Assembly: GCA_019634005.1 (NCBI GenBank)
Contig: JAHQWD010000003.1
Span: forward strand, 67,725 to 131,724
Source: Candidatus Kaiserbacteria bacterium
Lineage (GTDB): Bacteria; Patescibacteriota; Minisyncoccia; Phycocordibacterales; UBA918
DNA: 64,000 bases
Direction: 5' to 3'
Below are positions 27,804 through 37,717 of this stretch, in pieces. The notes under the pieces were generated by a model, which was given only the letters and a program-made list of their open reading frames with translations, was not told where the DNA came from and did not search any database. The first letter of the stretch is position 1. Every line of letters starts with the position of its first letter. A program made the translations under genes and the position numbers.

Positions 27804-30485
27804 ATGCCAAATTTTCACAATTTTACATCTCGAGCTAAGGAGGCAATACGAAAGGCACATGAACTCGCTATAGAGCGGGGACAAAACCATGTGAGCCCAA
27901 CACATCTTCTCGCGGCGTTGGTTATGCAAGAAGAAAATACGGTCATCACTATTCTCGACCGTCTGGACATTGATGTCATTGTCCTTACAGATCTTCTGAT
28001 TGATGGATTAGAGACGCCACTTTCAGGGCAGACGCTCTCTCCATCACATCAGCTCTATCTCACTCCAGATCTTGCACAGTCGCTTGAAGAGGCGGGACGC
28101 ATCTCTACAGAGTTTGGCGATGCGTATGTTGGTGTCGAGCACCTCTTCCTAGGACTCCTTGAACACCCAGGTCCCGCAGCTGATGTACTAAAACAGGGTG
28201 GTATTAATAAGAAAGATGTTGCAAACGCGCTTGCGGAGATCCGTGAAGGCGGTGCGGAAGACGGTACGCAGCCAAAAAAATATCGTGCACTCTCAAAGTA
28301 CGCACGAAATCTCACTAAGCTTGCACAGGAAAACAAGCTCGACCCAGTCATTGGACGTGATGTGGAGATTCAGCGAGTAATTCAAATTCTTTCTCGTCGT
28401 ACGAAAAACAATCCCGTGCTCATTGGAGAGGCTGGGGTGGGAAAGACTGCTATTGCAGAAGGACTCGCACTTTCAATTGCACAAGGAAATGTTCCAGAAT
28501 CAGTAAAGGAAAAGGAGATTCTTTCTCTTGACCTTGGTCTTCTGATCGCGGGAACAAAGTTCCGTGGAGAGTTTGAAGATCGTCTGAAGGCGGTGATGAA
28601 GGAGGTTGAACAGTCTGGAGGGAATGTGATTCTCTTCATCGACGAACTCCACACCATCGTAGGGGCAGGGCAGGCAGAAGGTGCGCTCGACGCATCAAAT
28701 ATGCTGAAGCCCGCACTTGCACGTGGAGAACTCCGTGTGGTTGGTGCGACAACACTGAAGGAGTATCAAAAGCATATTGAGCGTGACCCTGCATTGACAC
28801 GTCGCTTCCAACCCGTACATGTCAATGAGCCATCCATTGAAGATGCGATTGCTATCATGCGAGGAATTACTGAAAAGTATGAGCTCTTCCATGGTGTCCG
28901 TATTACCGACGACGCTATTGTCGCTGCAGTAGAGCTCTCTGCGCGATATATTACAGATCGGTTCTTGCCCGATAAGGCAGTTGATCTCATTGACGAATCT
29001 GCATCGTCACTTCGCATTTCATTAGAAAACAAGCCTGAAGAGCTTGAGGTGGCAGACCGTAAGGTTCGAAGACTGGAGATAGAGAAAGAGGCACTGAAGA
29101 AAGAAGAGGAAATGACCGAGGGGTCAAAGACGAAGCTTCGTAAGCGACTCAAGGAAATTGATAAAAGCATTGGAGAGCTCAAAGAAAAAACAAAGACTCT
29201 TGAGACAAAGTGGAACAATGAGCGAGAGGCCTTGAGTATTATCCGTGAGATGAAGAAGGATCTCGAGACACTTCGTCTTGAAGCGGAAGCCGCAGAGGCA
29301 CAGGCGGATCTCACTTCTGCTGCAGAGATTCGGTACAGCCAGATCCCTAATCTAGAGAAAGAACTTGAGGAAAAGTCTACCAAGCTGAAGAAGTTACAGC
29401 GAACACGGCGGCTTCTTAAAGAGGAAGTGACCGAGGAGGACATTGCGTCCGTGGTGTCTCGCTGGACAGGTATTCCTGTTGCACGCATGCTTGAAGAGGA
29501 GGCGCAGAAACTTGCACGCATGGATGAGGAGTTAGAGAAGCGTGTCGTAGGACAGCGCCGAGCTGTTGAATTGGTTGCAGACGCGGTGAAGCGTTCACGC
29601 GCAGGTATTGCAGACCCTAATCGTCCCATTGGCTCGTTCCTTTTTCTTGGGCCGACAGGAGTGGGTAAGACAGAGCTTTCAAAAGCGCTCGCGGAATTTA
29701 TGTTTGATGATCCAAATGCCTTGGTGCGTATTGATATGTCGGAGTACATGGAGAAGCACTCTGTATCGAAGATTATCGGCTCACCTCCAGGATATGTGGG
29801 GCATGATGAAGGTGGCTCTATTACAGAGATTGTCCGACACCGTCCATACTCTGTCATCCTGCTTGATGAGATCGAGAAGGCACATCCTGAGGTGTTTAAC
29901 ATCTTGCTTCAGGTATTAGACTCTGGACATCTTACCGATGCAAAAGGACGAAAGGTGAACTTCAAGAATACGGTTATTATCATGACTTCAAATATCGGTG
30001 CAGAACACATCGATAAGATGAGCAAGTTTGGATTCTCCAATAAGGGACAGGATGAACAATATGATGTGGCAAAGGATAAGGTAATGGAGTCCTTGAAGGG
30101 ATATTTCCGTCCAGAGTTCCTCAACCGTCTCGACGAAATTATTATCTTCGATATTCTTTCACAGAAGACGATCCGAGAGATTGTGGGGCTTCAGATTGAT
30201 ATTGTTCGTGAGCGACTGGAGCAGAAGGATATTAAACTGATCATCAGTGCTCCCGTGCTAGATTACCTCGCAGAGAAAGGATATGATCCGAAGTTTGGAG
30301 CGCGTCCGCTCAAGCGTGTGATTCAGTCTCAGATTCTGACTCCCGTTGCTTCTATGATGGTGGGGCAGGGTATGCTCCAGGGTGGCACCGTATCTATCTC
30401 CGTGAAGAAGGGGGAGCTTGCCTTTGATGTGAAGAAGAAAGGGGTACGCGGGCGAACTAAGAAGAAAACTGCAGTTGCTGCGTAG
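27804..30485 (+). CDS. clpB: ATP-dependent chaperone ClpB
   Basis: Clp N-domain repeats. AAA-1 Walker [11 protein letters not shown], the coiled-coil middle domain, AAA-2 Walker [11 protein letters not shown], and the sensor/GAR motif. Confidence 0.9.
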   Translation: MPNFHNFTSRAKEAIRKAHELAIERGQNHVSPTHLLAALVMQEENTVITILDRLDIDVIVLTDLLIDGLETPLSGQTLSPSHQLYLTPDLAQSLEEAGRISTEFGDAYVGVEHLFLGLLEHPGPAADVLKQGGINKKDVANALAEIREGGAEDGTQPKKYRALSKYARNLTKLAQENKLDPVIGRDVEIQRVIQILSRRTKNNPVLIGEAGVGKTAIAEGLALSIAQGNVPESVKEKEILSLDLGLLIAGTKFRGEFEDRLKAVMKEVEQSGGNVILFIDELHTIVGAGQAEGALDASNMLKPALARGELRVVGATTLKEYQKHIERDPALTRRFQPVHVNEPSIEDAIAIMRGITEKYELFHGVRITDDAIVAAVELSARYITDRFLPDKAVDLIDESASSLRISLENKPEELEVADRKVRRLEIEKEALKKEEEMTEGSKTKLRKRLKEIDKSIGELKEKTKTLETKWNNEREALSIIREMKKDLETLRLEAEAAEAQADLTSAAEIRYSQIPNLEKELEEKSTKLKKLQRTRRLLKEEVTEEDIASVVSRWTGIPVARMLEEEAQKLARMDEELEKRVVGQRRAVELVADAVKRSRAGIADPNRPIGSFLFLGPTGVGKTELSKALAEFMFDDPNALVRIDMSEYMEKHSVSKIIGSPPGYVGHDEGGSITEIVRHRPYSVILLDEIEKAHPEVFNILLQVLDSGHLTDAKGRKVNFKNTVIIMTSNIGAEHIDKMSKFGFSNKGQDEQYDVAKDKVMESLKGYFRPEFLNRLDEIIIFDILSQKTIREIVGLQIDIVRERLEQKDIKLIISAPVLDYLAEKGYDPKFGARPLKRVIQSQILTPVASMMVGQGMLQGGTVSISVKKGELAFDVKKKGVRGRTKKKTAVAA

Positions 30486-30486
30486 C

Positions 30487-30515
30487 AAAAAAGGCGCCGA
30501 TAAGGGCGCTTTTTT
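30487..30515 (+). terminator. Intrinsic terminator after clpB (gcgcc-gataag-ggcgc plus TTTTTT)
   Basis: Seen in sequence. Confidence 0.5.
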
Positions 30516-30704
30516 GATATAGACAGTTTACGGTGTCAAGTATTGGTGCGCCGAAATGCTCAAGGTTAGAACTTCTATATTGGAAAGTGAGTGTGTATTT
30601 TTACCTAGTTTTATAAAAGAAGAAGTTTTTGTTTAAAAAGAAGACAGCCCGCAGAAGTTGAGGCCTCGTTGGGCGTCTTCTTCTGCGAGCTGGTGTTGCT
30701 CACA

Positions 30705-30989
30705 TCATGGTTGGCGGAAGGACAGTTTTCTTTGGCTGCAGAATGTGTTCAGGAAAGCGTAGAACTTTTTCTCGTCGCGTTCGTGCACAGTGACCTGCAC
30801 ATGCCAACCACAACCATTTGGATGATCGTGATAACCATCAACCGCCTTAACCAGCTTGCCATGGATATCGTCGTTGACGGCGAATGCTTCGCCAAACTCA
30901 CGCATGAAATCCCAGACATTTTTTTTGGGAATGACCACATCCAGGCGGACGTGGCGCATGTAGACAATTACGTCATGATCTCTTGGCAT
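30705..30989 (-). CDS. Hypothetical small protein (94 aa; possibly a Dabb / alpha-beta-barrel-like stress protein)
   Basis: The minus-strand ORF has protein-like composition and an upstream GAAAGAGG. The overlapping plus-strand ORF 30669..31085 looks non-coding. Confidence 0.35.
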   Translation of the reverse strand: MPRDHDVIVYMRHVRLDVVIPKKNVWDFMREFGEAFAVNDDIHGKLVKAVDGYHDHPNGCGWHVQVTVHERDEKKFYAFLNTFCSQRKLSFRQP

Positions 30990-31137
30990 TGGAAGACCTC
31001 TTTCAGGTTGTGGGCACGGCCCGTTGAAAAATCAACACATACAATACACTATAAACACTACATTGTCAATGTATCTCCTAAGTAAAATAAGGCCAAAAAC
31101 GGATTTAATTTCAAAAATCCCGTTTTGCCTTGTCTAG

Positions 31138-31220
31138 TGCGCCGAGTTGGATTCGAACCAACGTAGACCGAAGTCAGCGGATTTACAGTCCGCCGCATTT
31201 GACCACTCTGCCATCGACGC
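31138..31220 (-). tRNA. tRNA-Tyr (anticodon GUA), long variable arm, CCA not encoded
   Basis: Acceptor gcgtcga/tcggcgc, anticodon stem-loop gcgga-ctGTAaa-tccgc, extra arm, T-arm gttgg-ttcgaat-ccaac. Confidence 0.8.
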
Positions 31221-31277
31221 GTGACGTATAAGGTATCACAACTCACAGTCTATGGAAAGTAGAGTGTCTGGAATGCT

Positions 31278-31874
31278 ATGATATGGATATCTATGAAATA
31301 CATAGTGCCGATTCTATTTTTTGTTCCGCAGGTTGTGGGCGCACAGGGTCTTGTACCTTGTGGTTTTGAGACAACGCCAGGTAATCCAGCTACATTTGTT
31401 CCGTGTCAGGCATGTCACTTGGTGCAACTGACAAGCAATACACTGACGCTATTGATACAGCTCGGTACAGTATTGGCAGTACTTATGATTGTGGTTGGAG
31501 GTTTCTATCTCCTTTCGTCTGGAGGAAGTGAGGTACAACGATCAAGAGGAAAACGGATCATTACGAATGTCATTATTGGGTTAGTAATTATGCTTACTGC
31601 ATGGTTGTTGGTAGATACGGTCTTCAAACTACTCTTGAGTGATGAGGCACAAAAGTTTGGTGTGTGGAATGAGATCCAATGTGTTGAAGGGAGTAGTAAT
31701 TCTGAATCCGGTGAAGGTGATGGTTGGTCAGATATTGGGAATGATATACAGTCTTGGCTTTTTGGGACTGATACTTCTAAGACAGAAGGAGATTCATCGG
31801 AAGGAAATGGAGGATCTGAGACAACTTCAACTGATGACATTCCTCGTATTGGAGATGGTGTGACTGATATCTAG
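31278..31874 (+). CDS. VirB2/TrbC-like mini-pilin paralog 5, with an acidic Gly/Ser/Glu-rich C-terminal extension
   Basis: Signal peptide VVGA|QG, a Cys-containing spacer, then two hydrophobic helices with a basic loop (SSGGSEVQRSRGKR). Lies between tRNA-Tyr and tRNA-Trp. Confidence 0.45.
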   Translation: MIWISMKYIVPILFFVPQVVGAQGLVPCGFETTPGNPATFVPCQACHLVQLTSNTLTLLIQLGTVLAVLMIVVGGFYLLSSGGSEVQRSRGKRIITNVIIGLVIMLTAWLLVDTVFKLLLSDEAQKFGVWNEIQCVEGSSNSESGEGDGWSDIGNDIQSWLFGTDTSKTEGDSSEGNGGSETTSTDDIPRIGDGVTDI

Positions 31875-31910
31875 AATTATTCTTCGAAGTGCGGTATATT
31901 CTAACTCCTG

Positions 31911-31982
31911 GGCCTATAGTTTAATTGGTAAAACGGCGGTCTCCAAAACCGCTGTTCTAGGTTCAAGTCCTAGTGGGCCCGC
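31911..31982 (+). tRNA. tRNA-Trp (anticodon CCA), 3' CCA not encoded
   Basis: Acceptor gggccta/tgggccc, anticodon stem-loop gcggt-ctCCAaa-accgc, T-arm ctagg-ttcaagt-cctag. Confidence 0.8.
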
Positions 31983-32043
31983 CCAATGAGACTTGAACCA
32001 CGGATTCCTTATTTCGTGGTTCAAGTAAAAAATATCTTCATAA

Positions 32044-32089
32044 AACAAAGTCCAAGTCCTGTTGGGGTGCCCCAGCAGGACTTGGACTT
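32044..32089. repeat. 46-nt perfect palindrome (16-bp arms caaagtccaagtcctg, nested inner hairpin tgggg-tg-cccca)
   Basis: Seen in sequence, 62 nt downstream of tRNA-Trp, inside the N-terminal extension of the listed ORF 31986..32831. Confidence 0.6.
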
Positions 32090-32105
32090 TGGTATACTCA
32101 GAAAT

Positions 32106-32831
32106 ATGAATTCCATAAAAACAGAGAGTTTCAAGCTTGCTATATATTCAGCGGGAGATGAAAAAGCAGAAAAAATGGCTCTTGTCCTGCCTGGACGTCT
32201 GGACACAAAAGATTACGCACACATGCATAGTCTTGTAGATTTTCTTGGACAGAAAGGATACTTCGCAATTTCTTTTGATCCTCCTGGAACCTGGGAGAGT
32301 GCAGGTGATATCAGCCTTTACACAGTGCCAATGTATCTAAGGGCAATCGATGAAGTTATTGAATATTACGGAAATAAGTCGACAGTCATTGCTGGTCACA
32401 GTCGTGGTGGAACGATGGCGCTTTGCGCTGGAGTAACTAATCCATCTATTACACACATCATTGCTGTTATGTCGCACTATGGACCAAGTGAACTGAGCGA
32501 GGAGGCTAAGAGTGCTGGTGTCTCAATTTCATACCGAGATATTCCTCCTGGAACAGAGAGGACAGAGGAGAAGAAACGCTTTGATCTCCCGCTCTCATAT
32601 TTCGATGATCCGACAGAATACAAGGGTCTTGAGACATGTGCAAAGCCAAAATTGTTTTTCTTTGGCACTGAAGACGATCTTGTTTTTCCCGAAGATGTGT
32701 GTGAGACATTTGAAGTTTCTGCTGAACCAAAAGAGTTGCACGAACTGAACTCCGAACATGATTACCGTCTGCATCCCGAAATCATGGAGGAGGTCAATCA
32801 GGTTGTGGAAAGTTTCCTTGAGAGGAACTAA
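32106..32831 (+). CDS. Alpha/beta hydrolase (Ser nucleophile, GHSRGG elbow)
   Basis: G-x-S-x-G in AGHSRGG. The ORF's predicted secondary structure looks like an alpha/beta-fold. Start moved to the ATG downstream of the palindrome. Confidence 0.65.
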   Translation: MNSIKTESFKLAIYSAGDEKAEKMALVLPGRLDTKDYAHMHSLVDFLGQKGYFAISFDPPGTWESAGDISLYTVPMYLRAIDEVIEYYGNKSTVIAGHSRGGTMALCAGVTNPSITHIIAVMSHYGPSELSEEAKSAGVSISYRDIPPGTERTEEKKRFDLPLSYFDDPTEYKGLETCAKPKLFFFGTEDDLVFPEDVCETFEVSAEPKELHELNSEHDYRLHPEIMEEVNQVVESFLERN

Positions 32832-32962
32832 AAGGATTTCATTTTGTAGAAGGTACTTACGTAGAGTACTCAGGTACAGTTGAAGATCGTGAAGTCTTCA
32901 AGACTACCCTTGAGACAAAAGTAAATGAGTTAATCTCTCAGAATCTTGACGTTGCAAAGAAC

Positions 32963-33172
32963 ATGGTAAGTGAAGAAGAGGCTCGTGATCGAGGAATGAT
33001 TGCTCCAGAGGGAAAGGAGGTTCGTACTGTTGGGTTTGAAGGGCACGAACCGTGTGGGTGCGGAGGTACTCATGTACGCAGCTCAAAAGACATTGGTCAT
33101 ATCACGATACGGAAGGTGTCTTCAAAGAAAGGAAGGACAAAGATTTCATACAGTACAGTAGCTTGCCTATAG
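32963..33172 (+). pseudogene. AlaX / AlaRS-editing-domain-like C-terminal fragment (HEPCGCGGTHV zinc motif); probable gene remnant
   Basis: C-x-C-G-G-T-H-V motif. The frame is open back to 32822 but holds no start codon and no N-terminal HxxxH motif. Confidence 0.3.
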
Positions 33173-34051
33173 GAATTTTTGAATCTCTTTAAGAATCTGA
33201 GGATCACCCTTCTTAAACCATCGGATTTCTTTATCTCGTTTCAACCACGTCATCTGACGCTTTGCGAACTTACGTATTTCAGATTCTAGTATTCTCAGCA
33301 TTTCTTCTTTAGAGATCTCTTCTTGGAGGTATTGTGCAACATATCTATATTCCAATCCCAGATCTTCCAAACGCTCCCAAGAAACACCTTCTTCATGAAG
33401 TCGTGCCACCTCCTCGATCATGCCTTGCTCGATACGTTCAAGGAGTCGCACGTGGATGTTGTGGTGGAGTTCTTCCTTAGGAACGTCTATACCGATAGTG
33501 AGTGTATCGTATGGTGTTTCCTTAATCTCCTTGGGAACAGATCCAAGCGCATCAACTATCTCAAGCGCACGTATGAGTCGTACTTTATTGTATTGATCAA
33601 TAGTTTCTGCACGCCGTGGATCTTTTTCCTTCAATATTTTGAAGAGTTCCATAGTGTCTTTTCCTTCCAACTCTTCCCGAAGTGCTTCGTTTGGAGAGAC
33701 TTGTGGTGTACTGATCTTCCCAAGGAGCACATCTATGTAGAAAAAGGTACCTCCAGCAATTACAGGAACCTTTCCGCGAGAAGTTATATCTTCAATTGCA
33801 CCTGTTGCGTCTACTCGAAATTGATCCGCAGTATAGACATCTTTTGGGTCTGCAATATCAAGGAGATGGTGGGGGATGTCGTCCATTTCTTCAACAGTTA
33901 CCTTACCACTTCCGAGATCCATTCCCCGATACACCTGCCTTGAATCTGCGGAGATAACCTCTCCATTGAAACGCTTAGCTACCGCTATAGAGAGAGAAGT
34001 CTTTCCTGAAGAAGTCGGTCCGACGATGATAATGAGTTTTTGTTTCTTCAT
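33167..34051 (-). CDS. miaA: tRNA dimethylallyltransferase
   Basis: P-loop IIIVGPTSSGKTSLS, DSRQVYRGMDLGSGK, and an overall MiaA pattern. Confidence 0.9.
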   Translation of the reverse strand: MKKQKLIIIVGPTSSGKTSLSIAVAKRFNGEVISADSRQVYRGMDLGSGKVTVEEMDDIPHHLLDIADPKDVYTADQFRVDATGAIEDITSRGKVPVIAGGTFFYIDVLLGKISTPQVSPNEALREELEGKDTMELFKILKEKDPRRAETIDQYNKVRLIRALEIVDALGSVPKEIKETPYDTLTIGIDVPKEELHHNIHVRLLERIEQGMIEEVARLHEEGVSWERLEDLGLEYRYVAQYLQEEISKEEMLRILESEIRKFAKRQMTWLKRDKEIRWFKKGDPQILKEIQKFL

Positions 34052-34066
34052 GATGGTATCGTAGCA

Positions 34067-34921
34067 TTAAAGTTCTAGCTTTTCTCCAACGAGTCGTCCG
34101 TGCCGATAAACCTTCTCAAGCTTTTCTTTATCAGTACAAAATCCAGAATAACAGTGTGCATTTTTTATATGTACAACATTATCAAACGTAGATAGGTCTT
34201 TCATTGGATCCTTCCAAAGGTCTTGCACATATCTCTTTCCAAGTCTTTTACTAAACAGTGTTGCGAGCGCTGCTCCTGCAACAAGATGGAGAGGGTACAG
34301 GATGATTTTAGATAACAATGACGTGTATCCTGGCTCGATGTAGATAACGGTCTTGTCTGAGTGCTCTTGTATAATGTCCCGCTCTATATCCGCAGGCAAG
34401 GTACCACCATCAATATATTGGTAATCACCGAGCTGGATTGCTCGTGAAGAGAACGGCCCCGTCTGTGAAGATGCTTTTAATTTATCGAAAAGGTGAGGCT
34501 GTGCAGGAAGATATTCTCCTTTAGCTGTGGTGGTATTTATTGCTTTTATGAAGAATTGTATATCAGTCTGTTCAAGAGTGGGGAGGTCTATTGCACATTC
34601 AGATTCTTTAGCGATCCTTTCAACATACTCTATATCAATATAATCTTGTATCGTAGATTTTTTTAATAAAAATATCTTGAGTGCATAGAGTAGCATGTTG
34701 CCACGGATAAAATCCTTACTCGCTAGGTATTTCTTAAAGAATATATAGGGAACGTTTGGTTGATTACTCAGGAAATAGACACCAACATCTGCACCAGAGG
34801 AACTTCCATAGATGCTATGGATACGACCTCTATATTTCTTATGTATTTCTTCGAGTACCCCTGCGGTGAATATACCCATCATCCCTCCTGCTCTCAAAAT
34901 GAGTACGATGTCTTTTTTCAT
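34067..34921 (-). CDS. Patatin-like phospholipase
   Basis: Oxyanion hole RAGGMMG, the nucleophile elbow GSSSGA (G-x-S-x-G), and the catalytic Asp in the DGG motif (YIDGGTL). Confidence 0.7.
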   Translation of the reverse strand: MKKDIVLILRAGGMMGIFTAGVLEEIHKKYRGRIHSIYGSSSGADVGVYFLSNQPNVPYIFFKKYLASKDFIRGNMLLYALKIFLLKKSTIQDYIDIEYVERIAKESECAIDLPTLEQTDIQFFIKAINTTTAKGEYLPAQPHLFDKLKASSQTGPFSSRAIQLGDYQYIDGGTLPADIERDIIQEHSDKTVIYIEPGYTSLLSKIILYPLHLVAGAALATLFSKRLGKRYVQDLWKDPMKDLSTFDNVVHIKNAHCYSGFCTDKEKLEKVYRHGRLVGEKLEL

Positions 34922-34925
34922 AATG

Positions 34926-35007
34926 TGCCACGGGAGGGAATCGAACCCTCACCCCTTTCGGAACACGATTTTGAGTCGTGCGCGTCTACCAATTCCGCCA
35001 CCGTGGC
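34926..35007 (-). tRNA. tRNA-Leu (anticodon CAA), long variable arm, CCA not encoded
   Basis: Acceptor gccacgg/ccgtggc, anticodon stem-loop cacga-ctCAAaa-tcgtg, extra arm, T-arm gaggg-ttcgatt-ccctc. Confidence 0.8.
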
Positions 35008-35085
35008 ATAGAAAGGAGTCTACCAGAAAATACACGGGTTATAAACATACAGAGAAGAGAGTGTGCGTGGTAGTATAGTGATTAT

Positions 35086-36141
35086 ATGGAAGAACAAGCG
35101 TACGAAAGTAACTCTATTTTCTGGGTGGAAGTGGGCAAGATTGTTCCCAATCCCTTCCAGCCACGACGGGAATTTGATGAAGCAAAGCTGAAAGAGCTTG
35201 CGGAGTCTATTCGTATGTACGGTGTGCTCCAACCGCTCGTGGTTACTCGTAAGGAGGTAACTTCTGCGGACGGTGCCTTTCGTACAGAGTACGAACTCAT
35301 TGCTGGAGAGCGTCGTTTGCGTGCTTCTAAACTTGCGGGAATTGAACAGGTACCTGTGATCATTCGCTCGGGGCAGGAGACAGAGCTCATGAAGTTGGAG
35401 CTTGCCATTATCGAAAACCTCCAACGAGAAGATCTCAACCCAGTGGATCGTGCACTTGCTTTCAAGCAACTTGCATCACAGTTTGGACTTTCACATGCAG
35501 ATGTTGCAAAGAAAGTGGGGCGAAGTCGTGTGTACGTCTCTAACTCTATCCGTCTACTCAACCTTCCCGATACTATCCTCTCAGCACTCTCAAACGGAGA
35601 GATTAGCGATGGACATGCTCGCACGCTCTTGATGCTCTCAGATCGTCCTGAAGAGCAAGATGTCATCTTTAGAGAGATCCTACTTAAGAAGCTCTCAGTA
35701 CGTGAGGTGGAACACCTCTCTCGTCAGATTGCAACGGAGAAGGTACGCAAGAAGAGTCCAAAAGATCTGGAACCAGAACTGAAAGAAATGGAACAGAAGT
35801 TCCAAGAATCTTTGGGTACTCGTGTACAGATCTCAAAGACAGACTATGGTGGGAAAGTGGTCATCGACTACTTCTCTCCTGAAGATCTCGAACAGATTCT
35901 TGCAGTCATCAATAAAAAGAAAGAGGAAGAACCAAACACTGATGAACAGGTTGCGCAAATTACATCAGCAACGCCACTTGATGAAGAGTCACATGTTGAA
36001 CAGAAAGAGCATTGGGTACCTGATGAGGTGGAGCGAGTCATGGAAACACCAGAGCCGATAGAGGAACCCCAGGAAGCTCCTCAGGAGGAAGAATCATCGG
36101 ATGACGATGGTCTCTATTCCATCAAGAATTTTTCTTTGTAG
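35086..36141 (+). CDS. parB: ParB/Spo0J-family partition protein (no adjacent parA)
   Basis: ParB N-terminal box GVLQPLVV...YELIAGERRLRASKLAG. An HTH region and an acidic C-terminal tail. Confidence 0.8.
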   Translation: MEEQAYESNSIFWVEVGKIVPNPFQPRREFDEAKLKELAESIRMYGVLQPLVVTRKEVTSADGAFRTEYELIAGERRLRASKLAGIEQVPVIIRSGQETELMKLELAIIENLQREDLNPVDRALAFKQLASQFGLSHADVAKKVGRSRVYVSNSIRLLNLPDTILSALSNGEISDGHARTLLMLSDRPEEQDVIFREILLKKLSVREVEHLSRQIATEKVRKKSPKDLEPELKEMEQKFQESLGTRVQISKTDYGGKVVIDYFSPEDLEQILAVINKKKEEEPNTDEQVAQITSATPLDEESHVEQKEHWVPDEVERVMETPEPIEEPQEAPQEEESSDDDGLYSIKNFSL

Positions 36142-37672
36142 TTAGATACGTGCGGATGCGTCTCCGTGCAAGTGATGTCTTTGCAAAGTCCAGCCATTTC
36201 TGTGTCGGGTGAGCATTCTTTTGTGTTGTGATCTCTACGATGTCTCCGTTCTTGAGCTCAGTATCCAAAGAAACAAGTTTGCTGTTTACTTTTGCTCCAG
36301 AGGTCCCGTCTCCGATCTCAGAGTGGATTGCGTAGGCAAAATCAAGTGGATATGCACCAACAGGAAGATCGACCACGTCACCTTCAGGGGTGAAAACAAA
36401 GATGCGGTGGGTAAAGAAATCTTGCTTGAGCTCATCCACAAAGGCACCTGCACCGTCATGTTCGGTGTCACCAATTTCCTGAATCCACTGTGGGATACGA
36501 GACTTATGTGGTTCTTTCACAAGTAGCTCAGGTTTCTTTTTCTCATGGGTGCTCTCACGCCACGCAAAGGGACGGAAGAGGCTTGGAATCAAGCTTCCAA
36601 ACCACGTCTGATTTTCTGATTCAGAAGCCTTTGTACCTTGTTGTTCATCTTTATAGATCACGTGAGACGCAATACCGTACTCTGCATCATGATGCATCTC
36701 TTCAGTACGGATCTGTATCTCTAGGATGGTTCTGTTTGGGGTGATGACTGTTGTATGAATAGAGCGGTAGCCGTTTGGTTTCGGGAAGGCAATATAGTCT
36801 TTCACACGTCCTGGCATTGGTCGCCAGATTTCATGGATAATGCCGAGTGTTCGATAGCATTCTTCAACAGAATCAACAACCACACGAATAGCAAGGAAAT
36901 CATGAATCCGATCCATGTCCCAGTCTCTCCGCTTCAACTTTTGAAAGAGACTATACAGCCCTTTCACACGAGAGTATGTATGAAAATCTCGGAGTCCTGC
37001 TTCAGCGAGGCCTTTCTGTAGAGATTTTCGTGCCTTCTCCAATTCTTCCTCACTTCGCTTACGGATCGGCTTAGTGAGTTTGAGTACTTGCTCATACTCC
37101 TTGGGGTAGACGTACGGGAATGCAAGATCCTCAAGCTCTTTACGAATACGTCCCATTCCAAGACGGTGGGCGACGGCAACATAAATCTCCAATGTCTCCC
37201 GTGCAATGCGCTGCTGTTTCTGTACGGGTACGTACTCAAGCGTCTGCATATTATGGAGACGATCCACCAGTTTAATGATCAGTACACGAATATCTCGACT
37301 CGTTGCGACAAAAAGCTTCCGAAGACTTTCATTATGTCGATCACTTCCGTAATAGCGGACAGATCCAAGTTTAGTCACTCCTTCAACAAGGAAGAGTACT
37401 TCATCCCCAAACTGTGTTTGGATATCGTCTGAAGAGATAGAGGAGTCTTCAATACTGTCGTGGAGAATCCCTGCCGCAATAGTCTTTGCACCCATCCCCA
37501 TGTCTGCGAGCTTAAACGCTACATCCAAGACATGACTCATGTACGGTTCACCAGAGTAGCGTTTCTGTCCTTTGTGCGCCTCAGTCGCGACCTGGTGTGC
37601 CTGGGTAATAAGTTCCTTATCCTCAGAGGTGAGGTCACGAATTTTACTGAAGATGCTCTTTAAGGTCATCAT
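36122..37672 (-). CDS. Bifunctional (p)ppGpp synthetase/hydrolase, short Rel/SpoT (HD + synthetase + TGS; no ACT domain)
   Basis: HD motif HDSIED, synthetase motif RVKGLYSLFQKL...DFLAIRVVV, and a TGS domain at the C-terminus. Confidence 0.85.
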   Translation of the reverse strand: MMTLKSIFSKIRDLTSEDKELITQAHQVATEAHKGQKRYSGEPYMSHVLDVAFKLADMGMGAKTIAAGILHDSIEDSSISSDDIQTQFGDEVLFLVEGVTKLGSVRYYGSDRHNESLRKLFVATSRDIRVLIIKLVDRLHNMQTLEYVPVQKQQRIARETLEIYVAVAHRLGMGRIRKELEDLAFPYVYPKEYEQVLKLTKPIRKRSEEELEKARKSLQKGLAEAGLRDFHTYSRVKGLYSLFQKLKRRDWDMDRIHDFLAIRVVVDSVEECYRTLGIIHEIWRPMPGRVKDYIAFPKPNGYRSIHTTVITPNRTILEIQIRTEEMHHDAEYGIASHVIYKDEQQGTKASESENQTWFGSLIPSLFRPFAWRESTHEKKKPELLVKEPHKSRIPQWIQEIGDTEHDGAGAFVDELKQDFFTHRIFVFTPEGDVVDLPVGAYPLDFAYAIHSEIGDGTSGAKVNSKLVSLDTELKNGDIVEITTQKNAHPTQKWLDFAKTSLARRRIRTYLTTKKNS

Positions 37673-37717
37673 ATTGGGATATTGTACTACATTAAAAAAG
37701 AGGCACCATGGCCTCTC

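Noticed and set aside
28766-29902. 378-aa minus-strand ORF inside clpB
   Set aside because: Ser-rich antisense shadow of the clpB middle and AAA-2 region.
30669-31085. 138-aa plus-strand ORF overlapping the 94-aa minus-strand ORF
   Set aside because: The plus-strand product is hydrophobic and low-complexity, and it would run into tRNA-Tyr. The minus-strand ORF has protein-like composition and an upstream SD-like sequence.
31986-32105. N-terminal 40-codon extension of the alpha/beta hydrolase ORF
   Set aside because: It would be translated through a 46-nt perfect palindrome directly after tRNA-Trp. The internal ATG at 32106 gives a normal hydrolase N-terminus.
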